From Octopus bimaculoides (lineage: Eukaryota): a DNA stretch of 64,000 nt. This document shows, one piece after another, positions 12,817-24,577 of the stretch (its first letter is position 1; each line of letters opens with the position of its first letter). The notes beneath the pieces are model-generated. The model searched no databases, was not told where the DNA came from, and worked only from the letters and a program-made list of their open reading frames with translations. The position numbers and the translations under genes are program-made. Location: positions 1,278,224-1,342,223 of the forward strand of contig NC_069005.1 in assembly GCF_001194135.2 (NCBI RefSeq), written 5' to 3'.

Positions 12817-13590
12817 GGATATTTTTATCAATATTTAGCAGAAGCAACAGTGTGACCCAAGGTCTAATAGTTTCCTACATTGGCACTTTGGTAAGTGAAT
12901 GAACTTCTTTCTGTCAGCTCACAAGACTTTGATCAATCCAAATGCTATGGTAGAAGACACTTGTCCAAGGTGGTTTGTTGTGGAACTGAACCCAAAACCA
13001 TGTGGCTGGGAAGTGAAATTCTTAACTACACAACCATGTTTTGCACCTACCAGCTGCATATAAATATATTACTCTACACCCCTGATCACAATACGCTTCT
13101 TCACATTGTTGTAGCTTTCAAATGATACGTCCCTCCTTCCCCGCTGGCTAGGGTTGAACTCATGACGAACCAACGTCAAATAAAGTCGTTTTCTCAAGAA
13201 CGTAATGCACCACCTGGTCTGGGAATCGAAACCACAATCTTGGACAGTGAGTGCAACACCCTAACCACTAGGTCACACACACACACACAAACATAATGTA
13301 TGCATGTGTGTGTGTGTGCATGCTCTGCAAGCAGATGGGTGTGTCACGCCTCACTCTACACTCACGCTTCTCCAAAAATCACCAACACAACAATGTTGTC
13401 AACAAATTATCTGCTCGCATTGTGTCTTTGAAGACATGTGGAACAAGACGTCCCCCATTTGAAAAGCAGGGGTTACTGACAACACATGCATCCAGCTGTA
13501 ATACGATGCTTCAATAATGTATGCAGCTAACCCATGCTGGCATTGGGAAAACGGACATAAAAAGAACATATGTATGTGTGTGTATGTATG

Positions 13591-13622
<32 letters not shown>

Positions 13623-13831
13623 ATACTACATACATGCACACATACACACACACTATAAATATACATAAATGATTAATTACATATATTTATACACATATTA
13701 ATATATATATTATACATACATATAAGTTTGAGTATGTATGTATAGATATAGATATATATACACACACACACACACTCCTACACATTTATAAACACTCCCT
13801 AACAGATATACACACGCATACATTTATACAC

Positions 13832-13895
<64 letters not shown>

Positions 13896-14435
13896 TGACA
13901 TATATATATATATATACGTATACACACACACACGCATATATATATATAGATAGATAGATATGTTTGTGTGTGTGTGATTAGTACTTCCTAGTGACTAAAC
14001 AGTAGCTAAAACTGTCCAGTCGTATTGACCGGTTAAATTATTATATATAGATATGTGTATACATGTCTCAGCACATTATTATTTTGTCTTTGACCCTATC
14101 TGTAAATATACGGCATTGCTATTATAATGACGGGCATCTCATGGATGTAAAAGAGGGGGAAGAACGACTGTATAGGGTGTGTCAACCCCTGAATAATAGT
14201 GAGAGAGAGAGAGAGAGAAATGCATCCCAGACCAACACAAACAAAACATAGAGTGAGATGTTAAGGTCAGATGCCAAATGTAGATCGACAATCGCGATAA
14301 ATAAAACGAAGAGGGGAAGATTACGACCCAAATGATGATGACGATGATAAACGAGTCGAGTAATTAAGACTAATATTAATAACGATGATGATTAGCATCG
14401 GAGATTGGAACATTTCACTAAGTTCAAGCACTTAC

Positions 14436-14493
14436 CTCTTGGAGGAATAAATGGTGTATTTTTTCGGGGTTTTGATATATTTAGATAATTTCG
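14436..14493 (-). CDS. Candidate coding exon (5' part lost in gap 14494-14719) of an unidentified minus-strand gene; ...RNYLNISKPRKNTPFIPPR|, phase 1
   Basis: Strong donor AGAG|gtaagtgc at 14436/14435 and an open frame up to the gap. It lies in a CpG-retaining island, with ATG ATA GAT CAG at 14731 on the far side of the gap. The phase-1 end matches the exon at 8854. Confidence 0.5.
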
Positions 14494-14949
14494 NNNNNNN
14501 NNNNNNNNNNNNNNNNNNNNNNNNNNNNNNNNNNNNNNNNNNNNNNNNNNNNNNNNNNNNNNNNNNNNNNNNNNNNNNNNNNNNNNNNNNNNNNNNNNNN
14601 NNNNNNNNNNNNNNNNNNNNNNNNNNNNNNNNNNNNNNNNNNNNNNNNNNNNNNNNNNNNNNNNNNNNNNNNNNNNNNNNNNNNNNNNNNNNNNNNNNNN
14701 NNNNNNNNNNNNNNNNNNNCTGATCTATCATTGACTATTCGTTTTTGTCGAACCTACATTCTCTATTATATTCTCTCAAAGAAAGGAATAGCAGAATAGC
14801 AGAATTAGAAGAACTTGTCACGTTTTCGGATTCTTTTAATTCTTTCGGGTTTTTTTCTATTATTACGGACACTTTGCATTTAATTTCCTTTTTCTTTTTG
14901 TTCTTCTGTCTTCTTTCTGTTTTGTTTTCGAAAATTTCGTATTTATAGT

Positions 14950-14968
14950 GCGTGTGTGTGTGTGTGCG

Positions 14969-15001
<33 letters not shown>

Positions 15002-15250
15002 GTATATATGTATGTATATATACGGTCCTGCTAACTTAGTCTCTCTGGTCCGTTATTTCGCCCAACGTTATTAAAACTTTCGTTACGGAATACCGCACTT
15101 ACGAAAATTTTCAATGTATAACCCACGGTCTGTAATTTCATCGCCACTCGGGAATATTTATACAATTTTAAGCACTAAAATCACGATAGCTGTATCGGGA
15201 AAATATTTTTAGAAAAAAAATCTGTATTTGATAATAAAATTGCAAAACAT
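14950..15250 (-). promoter_or_regulatory. Putative promoter of the 6.6-14.7 kb gene (CpG-retaining island ~14.0-15.5 kb)
   Basis: Abrupt rise in CG dinucleotides relative to the flanks, upstream of the exon ending at 14436. Confidence 0.35.
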
Positions 15251-15857
15251 CACAGTTTACAAAAAGTATTTGGACAATAATAGAAAAATAAGTCGTAAAA
15301 AGAAATCATCAAAATAATAATAAAAAAAAAAACCTGTTTATTAACCATTCTGCAGTATAATGTTTCTTTATTAGTTAGGTTGGTACAGCAAATAGACTAA
15401 ACGGAAAGAGCAAATAAATCCTAATTAATTCTAATTACGTATGGGGTGAGGAGAGAAAAAAATAATAATTAGTTTAATTAATAATTCTAGAAAAGAAAGG
15501 CAGGGGAGACAACCTCGAAAATAATTATTTTAATTAAAAATAGAATGCTCGTTTGTTTTTATCATTGGATTGTGGCCATGCTTGGCCACTACTTTCAAAG
15601 TTTAAAGGAACAAACCAAAGCCAGTACATTTATTTTTTAATTATGGTATTTATTTTATCAGTTTCTTTAACTAAACTGCTAAGTAGCAGGGATGTAAACA
15701 AACCAACGTTGTCCATTGTCCTGGGAGGGGCAAACACAGACATGCATGTGCATACATACTTATATACATATATGCATGTGTGTATATTTGTATGTATGTA
15801 TAAATGGATGGATGGATGTATCTATATCTATACTCTTTACTCTTTATTCTTTTACTT

Positions 15858-16050
15858 GTTTCAGTCATTTGACTGCGGCCATGCTGGAGCACTGCCTTTT
15901 GTCGAGCAAATCGACCCCAGGACTTATTCTTTGTAAGTCTAGTACTTATTCTATTGGTCTCTTTTGCCGAACCGCTAAGTTACAGGGACGTAAACACACC
16001 AGCATCGGTTGTCAAGCGATAGTGGAGGAACAAACACAGACACACAGACA
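15858..16050 (+). mobile_element. SINE family 3 segment (GTTTCAGTCATTTGACTGCGGCCATGCTGGAGCAC…), representative copy
   Basis: Related copies at ~4790, 15555, 23785, 24970, 29060, 36800, 45350, 48315, 48990 and 54400, in both orientations. Confidence 0.85.
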
Positions 16051-16124
16051 TATACACACACACTGGTGCTCCAGTATGACCACAGCCACTTGGCTGAAAC
16101 AAATAAATTATTAAAAATATATAC

Positions 16125-16285
16125 GATGGGCTTCTTTCAGCTTCCGTCCACCAAGTCCACTCACAAGTCTTTGGTCGGCCCGAGGCTATAGTAGAAGACA
16201 CTTGCCCAAGGTGCCACGCAGTGGGACTGAACCCGGAACCATGTGGTTGGTAAGCAAGCTACTTACCACACAGCCACTCCTACAC
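16125..16285 (-). mobile_element. tRNA-derived SINE family 1 (GCAGGAGTGGCTGTGTGGTAAG…), representative copy
   Basis: A and B boxes present. Related copies at ~5470, 7275, 12910, 18050, 24780, 27930, 41205, 44900, 48515 and 54205. Confidence 0.9.
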
Positions 16286-16295
16286 CTATATATAC

Positions 16296-16397
16296 TTTAT
16301 TATAAAAGTTGCAAAACCATCACAGAAATCTGCTACTCAGTGTTCTCCATTCTCATTAATTGGACAGTTGTGTGATGTTTTTTGCAACTTTAATAAT
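16296..16397. repeat. Imperfect inverted repeat (~28-bp arms)
   Basis: TTATTATAAAAGTTGCAAAACCATCACA / TGTGATGTTTTTTGCAACTTTAATAA. Confidence 0.8.
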
Positions 16398-16507
16398 CAA
16401 GCATATTACTCTACCTCTGGTATTCGAGTGCTATTTTTCCCCACCTTGTTTCACATTTATGTGCTTACTCTGGTATATATAGCACGGAATGTGAAATCCT
16501 GAATAAG

Positions 16508-16604
16508 ATACTCTCTGATGAAGGAAGCAGTATCCCATTTTCGGAATGAAAACACCCTTAAAAATCTATGGATTACTGTACCCCTGAAACGGCCGTAAGA
16601 GGAT
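16508..16604 (+). ncRNA. Type I hammerhead ribozyme motif (Penelope-associated)
   Basis: Stem I CTCT (16511-14) pairs with AGAG (16598-601). Core CTGATGA at 16515-21. Stem II opens AGG/CCT and extends through CAGTA/TACTG and TCCCAT/ATGGA. GAAA at 16586-89. Palindromic stem III ACGGCCGT. Cleavage triplet GTA, with the cut after 16597. Confidence 0.8.
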
Positions 16605-16871
16605 TACCATCAACATCTTTCTTACCTTAACAACATTACTTATTCTCTCGGATTATTTAGATATGTTTTTTGAAAATATTCCAGCTTCAATGCTACGATG
16701 TTCTTTTATTCGCTCTTTGGAAGACTTTTATTTTATTCACCTTTTTGTAAGGGCATACTTTTATTCTTAATGATTTTTACAACATCATTCTAACCTATTT
16801 ACACTCATCAATTTATTTATGTATATTAGATTTTTATATACTTGTGTATTCATGAATTTTAAATATATTTT

Positions 16872-16935
16872 AATATTTTAACGACCGATACATTGGTATA
16901 TTTTAACGACCGATACATTGGTATATTTTAACGAC
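16872..16935. repeat. 25-bp tandem repeat x2.5
   Basis: TATATTTTAACGACCGATACATTGG. Confidence 0.95.
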
Positions 16936-17094
16936 TAATGTGCACCGATCTATGGCAGGATATATGTATAAATAAATTGTTGAACCTATCTGAAATTCTA
17001 TTTAACATTTTTTTATACCTTTATCTGAGACCTCTGAATAGCGCCCATACAATAAACAAAGAAACTTTATTATATATTTCTATATATGTATGTA

Positions 17095-17181
<87 letters not shown>

Positions 17182-17187
<6 letters not shown>

Positions 17188-17380
17188 ATTTTTTTCATAA
17201 TGAGATAAAAATCCAAGGGTGTGAAAGATTTTAGAACATTTATAAATAGAAGGTCTTACAGCTGTTTCCGGGATATTTAAAATATCTTGGAAACAGCTGT
17301 AAGACCTATTTAGAAGTGTTCTAAAATCTTTCACACCCTTGGATTTTTATCTCATTATGAAAAAAAAATTTTTTTATATA
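17182..17380. repeat. Fold-back palindrome, ~95-bp arms, essentially no loop, adjacent to (TA)n
   Basis: Centre …GATATTT A AAATATC…; each arm carries GAAACAGCTGTAAGAC (3' half of a hammerhead). Confidence 0.95.
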
Positions 17381-17534
17381 TACACATGCTAACATATGTC
17401 CTATGTTGGACTCCTTATTCGCATAATCACCGAACCTGGAGCTTAACTATGGTCTATCCATAGCACTTACTCAGCATTACCTGACATCTTCGGGTCTTAT
17501 TGACATCATTACCTCTCATAATCTCTCTCTATAC

Positions 17535-17602
<68 letters not shown>

Positions 17603-18899
17603 TTATATATATATATATATATCTATATATATAGAGGGAGAGAGAGAGGGGATATGTATATAAGTACACTGTTCCCATCCTAAGGTATTATTTTCTGCTG
17701 ATGTTGTTACCTTAAGAATGAGAACAGAGTACTCCATTAATGCCAACCATTTTACAAAGTGTGCTGGGTGCTTTTTACGTGCCACCGACTCAGGTGCATT
17801 TACGCAGCAGTGGCACGAGTGTATTTCATGTGGCACTGGCACCTGTAAAGGACAAGCCTGTATGTATGGATGGCAGTGGTTTTACTTGGCTTGATGCATC
17901 TTCTCAAGTGCAGCAAATCACCACAACTCCTCCTGGTCCCTTCTCATTTCCTCAGTGAGGCCCAATGTCTGAAGAGCCTGTCTCATCCCTTCATCCCACA
18001 TCTTTCCTATATAGAAAATGTCTATGCACAACAAGCTTCCACTCAGTTTCTGTGCCCCAAAATCACCCACAAGGCATTGGGAATCCTGGGGTTGTTATAG
18101 TACAAAACAGTTGTGCAAAGTGCTACATGGTGGGATTAAGCCTGAAACCATGTGGTTGTGAAGCAGCCTTCTTAACCAGACAGCCATGCTTGTATAATCA
18201 TATTGTTTGACTCATGTAAGCCACATTATCGTGTATATTGTATTTTATTGGTCAGTCTCTTTCTCTCTCTCCTTTTCTCTCACTCCCTTTCCCTCTTTCT
18301 CCCCTCTCTCCTTCCCTCTCGCTCTGAAACTATCTAGAATCTCTTTTCTTTCTGCTTGTTTCTTCTTTTGTTAATGCTCTGAGGACGTCAAAGGCAACCT
18401 TGACTCTGTTATTGTTGATGTTGTTGGTGCTCGTATTGTAATATTATTTGTATGCTTATGCATACATCCCTCACAAACTGATTATTTGATTGAAAAAAAT
18501 GTATATTGTTATACCCAGAGCATTTAGAAAAACCCAATATAAATTCATTGTGCTCCACCCAACGAAACATTCAAACAGTCTTGCTGAAAAGTATTCAACA
18601 TTATCATAATTATAAAAAATGATCTTGTATAATGGACTTTGAATATAAAATCAGCGACTTAAAGCTGATGTATGGTGCGGAAACAAATGTTGCAATCTAC
18701 TTTTAAAGTATGCTACATTGAGTAACAAAATTTCTTTTTCTTTTTTTTTATTTGTTTGTCTTTGGTCAGGAAGTGTTATTTTCTATTTGCTTCTAACTCA
18801 AAATCAAAAGAAATGACCGTTATCCCCTTGAAACTTTACTTTTCTAACCTGGACATCAATGTTTTGAAACTGACCTATATTTCCCATTACATTTCAAAC

Positions 18900-19090
18900 A
18901 GATTCAGCACTGAGTTGCTGAAGCAGAAATATCATTATAGCCAATATTTTTCATGCTGGACTGAATTGAGCTGCTTGAAAACAGACCACCCTTGTAGTGG
19001 ATGTGAGGGGGGGATGTGTCTGCAGTATCTGTGGACATGTGTGTTTATCAAGAGCCAGGCTCGTTAATTACCAGTGAAGCCACAAATGTA
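18900..19090 (+). mobile_element. LINE C-terminal zinc-finger remnant (RTE-X-like)
   Basis: 19015-19077 translates as CVCSICGHVCLSRARLVNYQ*, a decayed CxxC…H RTE C-terminal finger. Confidence 0.5.
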
Positions 19091-19201
19091 AAGTAGAATT
19101 TTGTCTGAATGCACAATGTTCTTAGTGGTCAGTCATGGTCTTCATTGGTCCTGAATGGACAGCTATCATCATAATCAAAATTATCATCATCTCCCCCCCC
19201 C

Positions 19202-19232
<31 letters not shown>

Positions 19233-19904
19233 GTTTAAATTTACAGAAAAACGAAAGACGAAGGATGGTGTAGGAACAACAAGCAGGTGTACCAGTTTAA
19301 CGCTTGGGAAAGATGGAAAAGTCTTTTACATTTGGAGCCAAGCAATCCCATGGGCATCACATGACCGAAGGGTGGGGGTCTTTTAATGCATATAAGCAAT
19401 GATAAAACTTTTAAGTAATTAAGTGCTACCATAACAGAAAATAATATAATGATTGATGCCCCAACTTTGAAAACGAAGATATTGAATAAGAAGAACTGAA
19501 TTAAATGAGTTTAAAGTAAACTGAAGGCAAGAGACAACATTTACAAAGAAATGTACCCAATGCAAAATCAGAGTGTAAATGTTTTATCAGGAAAGAGAAA
19601 ATATACAGAGAATGTGATTGCATTGTTTAAATGGCAACAGCTTGTGAGACAAGGTGTTACCAAAAAAGCTTTAAAATTATGATTCATTTTCTCCAATGAT
19701 AAATAAAACTGTATTAGTGTGTGTGTGCGTGTGTGGGGGGTGGTGCCACCTGGTGTAAAACATTATATCATACTGGTAAGAAATCATTTAATGCTTGTCT
19801 GAATACCAGGTAAAAATCCATATTTTGATTGATTCACTCCTTTAAAAATGCATGAAGTTACTTTTACCTTAGCTAGTCCACAATCCTTTGACCGAGGACA
19901 ATAT

Positions 19905-20595
19905 TAATACCGCAAGCTGACCTTCACTGGGCAATACCTCAACATCAATTCCCACCATCCATACAGTGCAAAGAGAGGCATTGCTCAGTGCCTAAAACAT
20001 TGAGCAAAGAATATAAGTAGCGATCGTGATACCCACCACGAAGAAATGATCAAGCTAAAGCAACAACTAACCCCCAAAACACACTCTCCACTCCAGTTAT
20101 GAAGAAAAGAGAGGATGAAACCAATAAACTGTCCACAATCTGTCTACCCTATGTGAAAGGCCTCTCCGAAAAGATACAAAAGATATGCGACCTATGTGAC
20201 ATCAGGACAGTATTCAGGAGTAATACAACATTTTGCAAATATCTCCTTCGGGTAAAACCACCAATAGAAGAGAATATGACTAAGAACTGCGTGTACTCCA
20301 TCCCATGCAGATGTAGTAGGTTATACAACGGTGAAACATGCCTCTTCCTCAAAATAAGGGTAGAGGAACATCGCAAAGCTGTGACACGGGAAGATATTGA
20401 TAAATCGGGTATAGGTGATCATGTATGGAAAAATGGAGACCACCTCCCCCCTGTGGGATGAAGTTAAAATAATAGACAGAGAACACCACTGGAAAATATG
20501 AAAACTAAAAGAAGCAGCACATATGCTAGGACACAATAACCTCCTAAGCAGACCGAGTGCAGATATGAACAGCACATGGGAACCGGTATTAAGGT
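19905..20595 (+). mobile_element. Penelope-like retroelement, 3' part (RT thumb + GIY-YIG endonuclease), decayed
   Basis: YRKLTFTGQYLNINSHHP, ICLPYVKGLSEKI, CVYSIPCRCSRLYNGET…RVEEH and VKIIDRE..WKI.KLKEA are PLE/GIY-YIG hallmarks. Confidence 0.92.
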
Positions 20596-20676
20596 AGTGG
20601 TTAAGAGTGCAGGCTGCTAACCCCAAGATTCTGAGCTTGATTCCAAGCAGTGACCTGAATAACAACAACAACAACA

Positions 20677-20746
20677 AAATTTCAAACCTGGGTTCTCATT
20701 CCTAAGTTATTTTGTTGTTAGGAATGAGAACCCAGGTTTGAAATTT
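20677..20746. repeat. Perfect 29-bp-stem hairpin at the 3' junction of the Penelope element
   Basis: AAATTTCAAACCTGGGTTCTCATTCCTAA / TTAGGAATGAGAACCCAGGTTTGAAATTT with a 12-nt loop. Confidence 0.95.
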
Positions 20747-21639
20747 CCCCAAGACACCTGATGAAGGCTGAAATTTGTTAACAACAAACAAGATGAGGAC
20801 AAATATCCGTCAAATGTAAATAATGTACATAATTCCATATCTCTTAAATATAGAACGATATATATNNNNNNNNNNNNNNNNNNNNNNNNNNNNNNNNNNN
20901 NNNNNNNNNNNNNNNNNNNNNNNNNNNNNNNNNNNNNNNNNNNNNNNATATATAATAATATTAGGGACAAAATCCAAAATTACAGGTAAAAAACTCAATT
21001 ATAATCAATTTATAAAAAATTAAAATTAAATTGAGCCTTATAGATAAAGTATATATAAAATATATAGTTTTAGGGAAAATAACCAATTTTCAAGAACTCA
21101 TCGATGAAAATCCACTATCACATATAGAAAAATTAATAATTAAAAGCACAATAAATGAGTATAATATAAAGTAAAGTAAATATCATAAGATAAATATAAT
21201 AAAAAGATTACATGTGTTTCATAACCAATTTTCAAATAGAAAAGAAATTTAAATCGATTAAAATCAATTGAAATTATCGAAAATAAATTCTATTAAAAAA
21301 TATAGCTACTCGTCTATATAATGGTTAGTTTAAGTGCTCTTAAATAATTTTGTTTTCTAATGTTGACACGTGTTTGCATGACAAGCTTAATAATATCCAC
21401 AATTCATAAGGCACTCGAAAACATCTGCAAAGACACAAGTTTGTATCATGTAAACTTATGTAACAACACATGTAAAAGCATTCAATATGCCAATAATTGT
21501 TTGCTCCCCCCACTTCTCTCTTACTCTCTTTCTCTACATATAAACATCTGTTCACAACTGTGAACAGATGTGAACAGCCCAGCTAAGGGATAAAACCAGA
21601 GTAGATTGTCAAGTTTTATATGATACATATTATGTATGT

Positions 21640-21697
<58 letters not shown>

Positions 21698-22111
21698 GTT
21701 CAAATTTACAGAAAACAAAAGACAAAGGACAGGTGAATGAACAAGAAGCAGGTGTATCAGTTTGATGCTCGGGAAGAATGGAGAAGTCTTTGATATTTTA
21801 AGCCTATGCTCTTTGACGGAAAGGATTGAAAGAGTGAAAAATGTATAGGGATTAATGATTCTACGTGATGAACACAGCCGTGGCAGATAGCGGTGTCACG
21901 TAAATGGCACCTGTGCCGGTGGCACATAAAAGCACCCATTACACTCTCAGAGTGGTTGGCGTTAGGAAGGGCATCCAGTTGTAGAAACCATGCCAAAACA
22001 CAGCAGAACTTGGCAAAGTCTTCTGGCAAAGCATGCCGCCTGGCGATCCTTGAACGGGCAATGGAGTAGGGGAGATAACTCTAGATAAATTCACTCCAAC
22101 TTTATTATTAC

Positions 22112-22142
22112 CAGAATCCATTTGTTTGTCTTTCTTGAACAT
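22112..22142 (-). CDS. Possible short first coding exon MFKKDKQMDS|, phase 1
   Basis: aaaATG context and donor TCTG|gtaata, just downstream of a CpG-retaining region with an ETS-like ACGGAAGT (22392-22399). Confidence 0.25.
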
Positions 22143-22149
22143 TTTCGGT

Positions 22150-22420
22150 GAATTCTTGGTATTTGGAACAAACTATTTCCGTTTATTTTTCAAAATATGC
22201 GTTCACTGAAGCAACGGATATACAAAGTGTTCTCCATATTCTAACAGAAACCTTTCTTTTTGTCCCTGATTTAATGAAGACGAGATCAGAATTTGTCTTA
22301 TCGACAAAATAAGTGGTAAACACGGACGTCATTTATTCGTTTCGAGTGATTTCAAACATCAGCAAATAAATTGGTAGAATCGACAACCAAGACGGAAGTT
22401 GTTTGACTTCGAATGAGCCA
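22150..22420 (-). promoter_or_regulatory. Putative promoter/5'UTR with ETS-like ACGGAAGT and CRE-like ATGACGTC
   Basis: CpG-retaining; motifs at 22392-22399 and ~22325-22332. Confidence 0.35.
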
Positions 22421-22423
22421 TTC

Positions 22424-22771
22424 TTGGCGATCTTACGGTACGAGTCCTAAATATCGGCCTTTTCCGTAAAAAGTGTCTTCGGCGATCTTTACTAAAGATC
22501 GGCTTTTTCCGTAACACCCGCACGAATTTCACTACGTTGTTAGGGTTAGGGTTTTAGGGTTACGGTTAGTGTTTAGGGTTAGGGTTAGGGTTACGGTTAG
22601 GGACGGAATTCCCTAACCGAAACCCTAAAACACAAACCCTAACCCTAACCCCTTCAAAATAAATCGCGCTCTCTGTATGTCTTTCGGTTTTATGACGTCG
22701 TTTCCCTGTTTGTCTCTAACACTTTTTACGGAAAAGGCCGATATTTAGGACTCGTACCGTAAGATCGCCAA
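22424..22771. mobile_element. Non-autonomous TIR element (MITE-like) with internal telomeric repeats
   Basis: Perfect 53-bp inverted termini (22424-22476 / 22719-22771), a partial internal TIR copy at ~22481-22512, and (TTAGGG)-like then (CCCTAA)-like arrays at ~22528-22652. Confidence 0.85.
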
Positions 22772-23865
22772 AATTTCTCACAAACGGTTTCAATACAGCT
22801 TTAACAGAAAGGTTTAAAATAATTAGATGAAAGTTCTCCGGTAATTTTCTTTCATATAAATAAATGTTTATGTAAATTTTAAACATAAAAAAAAATCAAA
22901 AGTAAAAAACATTTAAAGGGGAATAACTTTAATCGACTTACTCATCAGTCTGTATCTTCTTCCCTCCCCTTAACTATCATTTCTATAAATGTTCTCTTAA
23001 TTTAATGAAACATTATCATTAATGATAACATGAAAATTATTGAACAGAATTCTATTTGCAATTAATAGTAATGCCGTCGCTAAAAGCGAATTTTTTTTCT
23101 AAACCTTTGAATTAAAACATCCATAGAAACACGACTAATGAAAATAATTTGCCCAGTAAAATATTGCGAACAAAGATTCGTTAATATTACTATTTAATTA
23201 AATTGGATTAACAATTATTGTAATATTAGATCTCTTAAATGGGATTCCCATTTAAATAATTCACAATTAGGATCTTCGTCTGATTCATGAGAAACTAGGG
23301 AACTCCATGGAATTTCCATCGAGTAACCCTTTTACATTACGAGGCCCAAACAAGCTCATCGTATATTTTCTTCATTAAAAACTATACTTTAACTTAAAAT
23401 ACATGTAAGACCACAACTAATAAAAACAATTTATCCAATTTTTCCAGTGATAATTTGAAAGTTTTATTTACTCGTATCATCACATCTATGATATCTGATT
23501 GCATGTTTGTTAATAAAATTTCTGTACCATAACTGCTACCCGTATTGCGTGAACCCAAAAACTTTCTTTAAAACGCGTAATTTTTAATGAAAATATTCAG
23601 ATATGACATTTTAGATTTTGCAGAATAACATTATATAAGGGGGAAATATTGAAAAACCAACTTTCATTTTTTTGCAAGTTAATTACCCCAAGCCGACCAA
23701 ATTTTAAATGAATATTTTTTATTGCTTTCATGAAAAATTTCCAACTGCATATATACACATATATATATACATATCTATCTATCGATGCTGGTGTGTTTAC
23801 GTCCCTGTAACTTAGCCGTTCGGCAAAAAGAGACCGATAGAATAAGTACTAGGCTNNNNNNNNNN

Positions 23866-23916
<51 letters not shown>

Positions 23917-24420
23917 CTCTCATAGATATATATACATACATATATGTACACACACACACACACTCATATAGACGTACACATATACACACACACCTATACC
24001 TAAATGTAAACAATATACAATGCATACAACGCATCCACGAAATAAGAAGAAAGCCACTACATGGTCGCCAGAGCCGTTAGAAACAGCAACCAAATCTCCA
24101 ACAAATTACACTGTCGTAAAAAAACTGCAGAACCCCACCCGCTAACGCCTACCCTACTCCACACAAGCCTCCATCATACACACCCACTTCTTGACATTAC
24201 CATCAACCCAACTGCTACCCTAATTACACCTCACCCTTACTCTCAAACTCTTCTATATCCTCTAACCCAGCTGTTGACTCGAGCTGTTTTTTGTTTTATT
24301 ACTGTTTTTGTGTTTTTACTAAACTTTTCTTTCTACAGACAGTTTGTGACACAACTGTAACCTTAAAACCAGCACTTAGCCAGACATACATGTGTGTGTA
24401 TCTAGCTTCATAGCTATCTA

Positions 24421-24464
<44 letters not shown>

Positions 24465-24539
24465 TTCTCTCTCTATAGCTATTCATCTCTCTCTACCTCT
24501 CACCACCTCTCTATTCATCTCTCTCTCCCTCTCTCATAT

Positions 24540-24577
<38 letters not shown>

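Larger units (their letters stand above)
16400..17050 (+). mobile_element. Penelope-like terminal repeat/UTR region containing a hammerhead motif
   Basis: Hammerhead core at 16515-16601, AT-rich tail, adjacent to (TA)n/(CA)n tracts. The PLE assignment is inferred from the known association of type I hammerheads with PLE termini. Confidence 0.55.

Noticed and set aside
22528-22652. Relic chromosome end-to-end fusion site
   Set aside because: The arrays are short, degenerate and enclosed by perfect 53-bp TIRs, so a mobile element explains them better.
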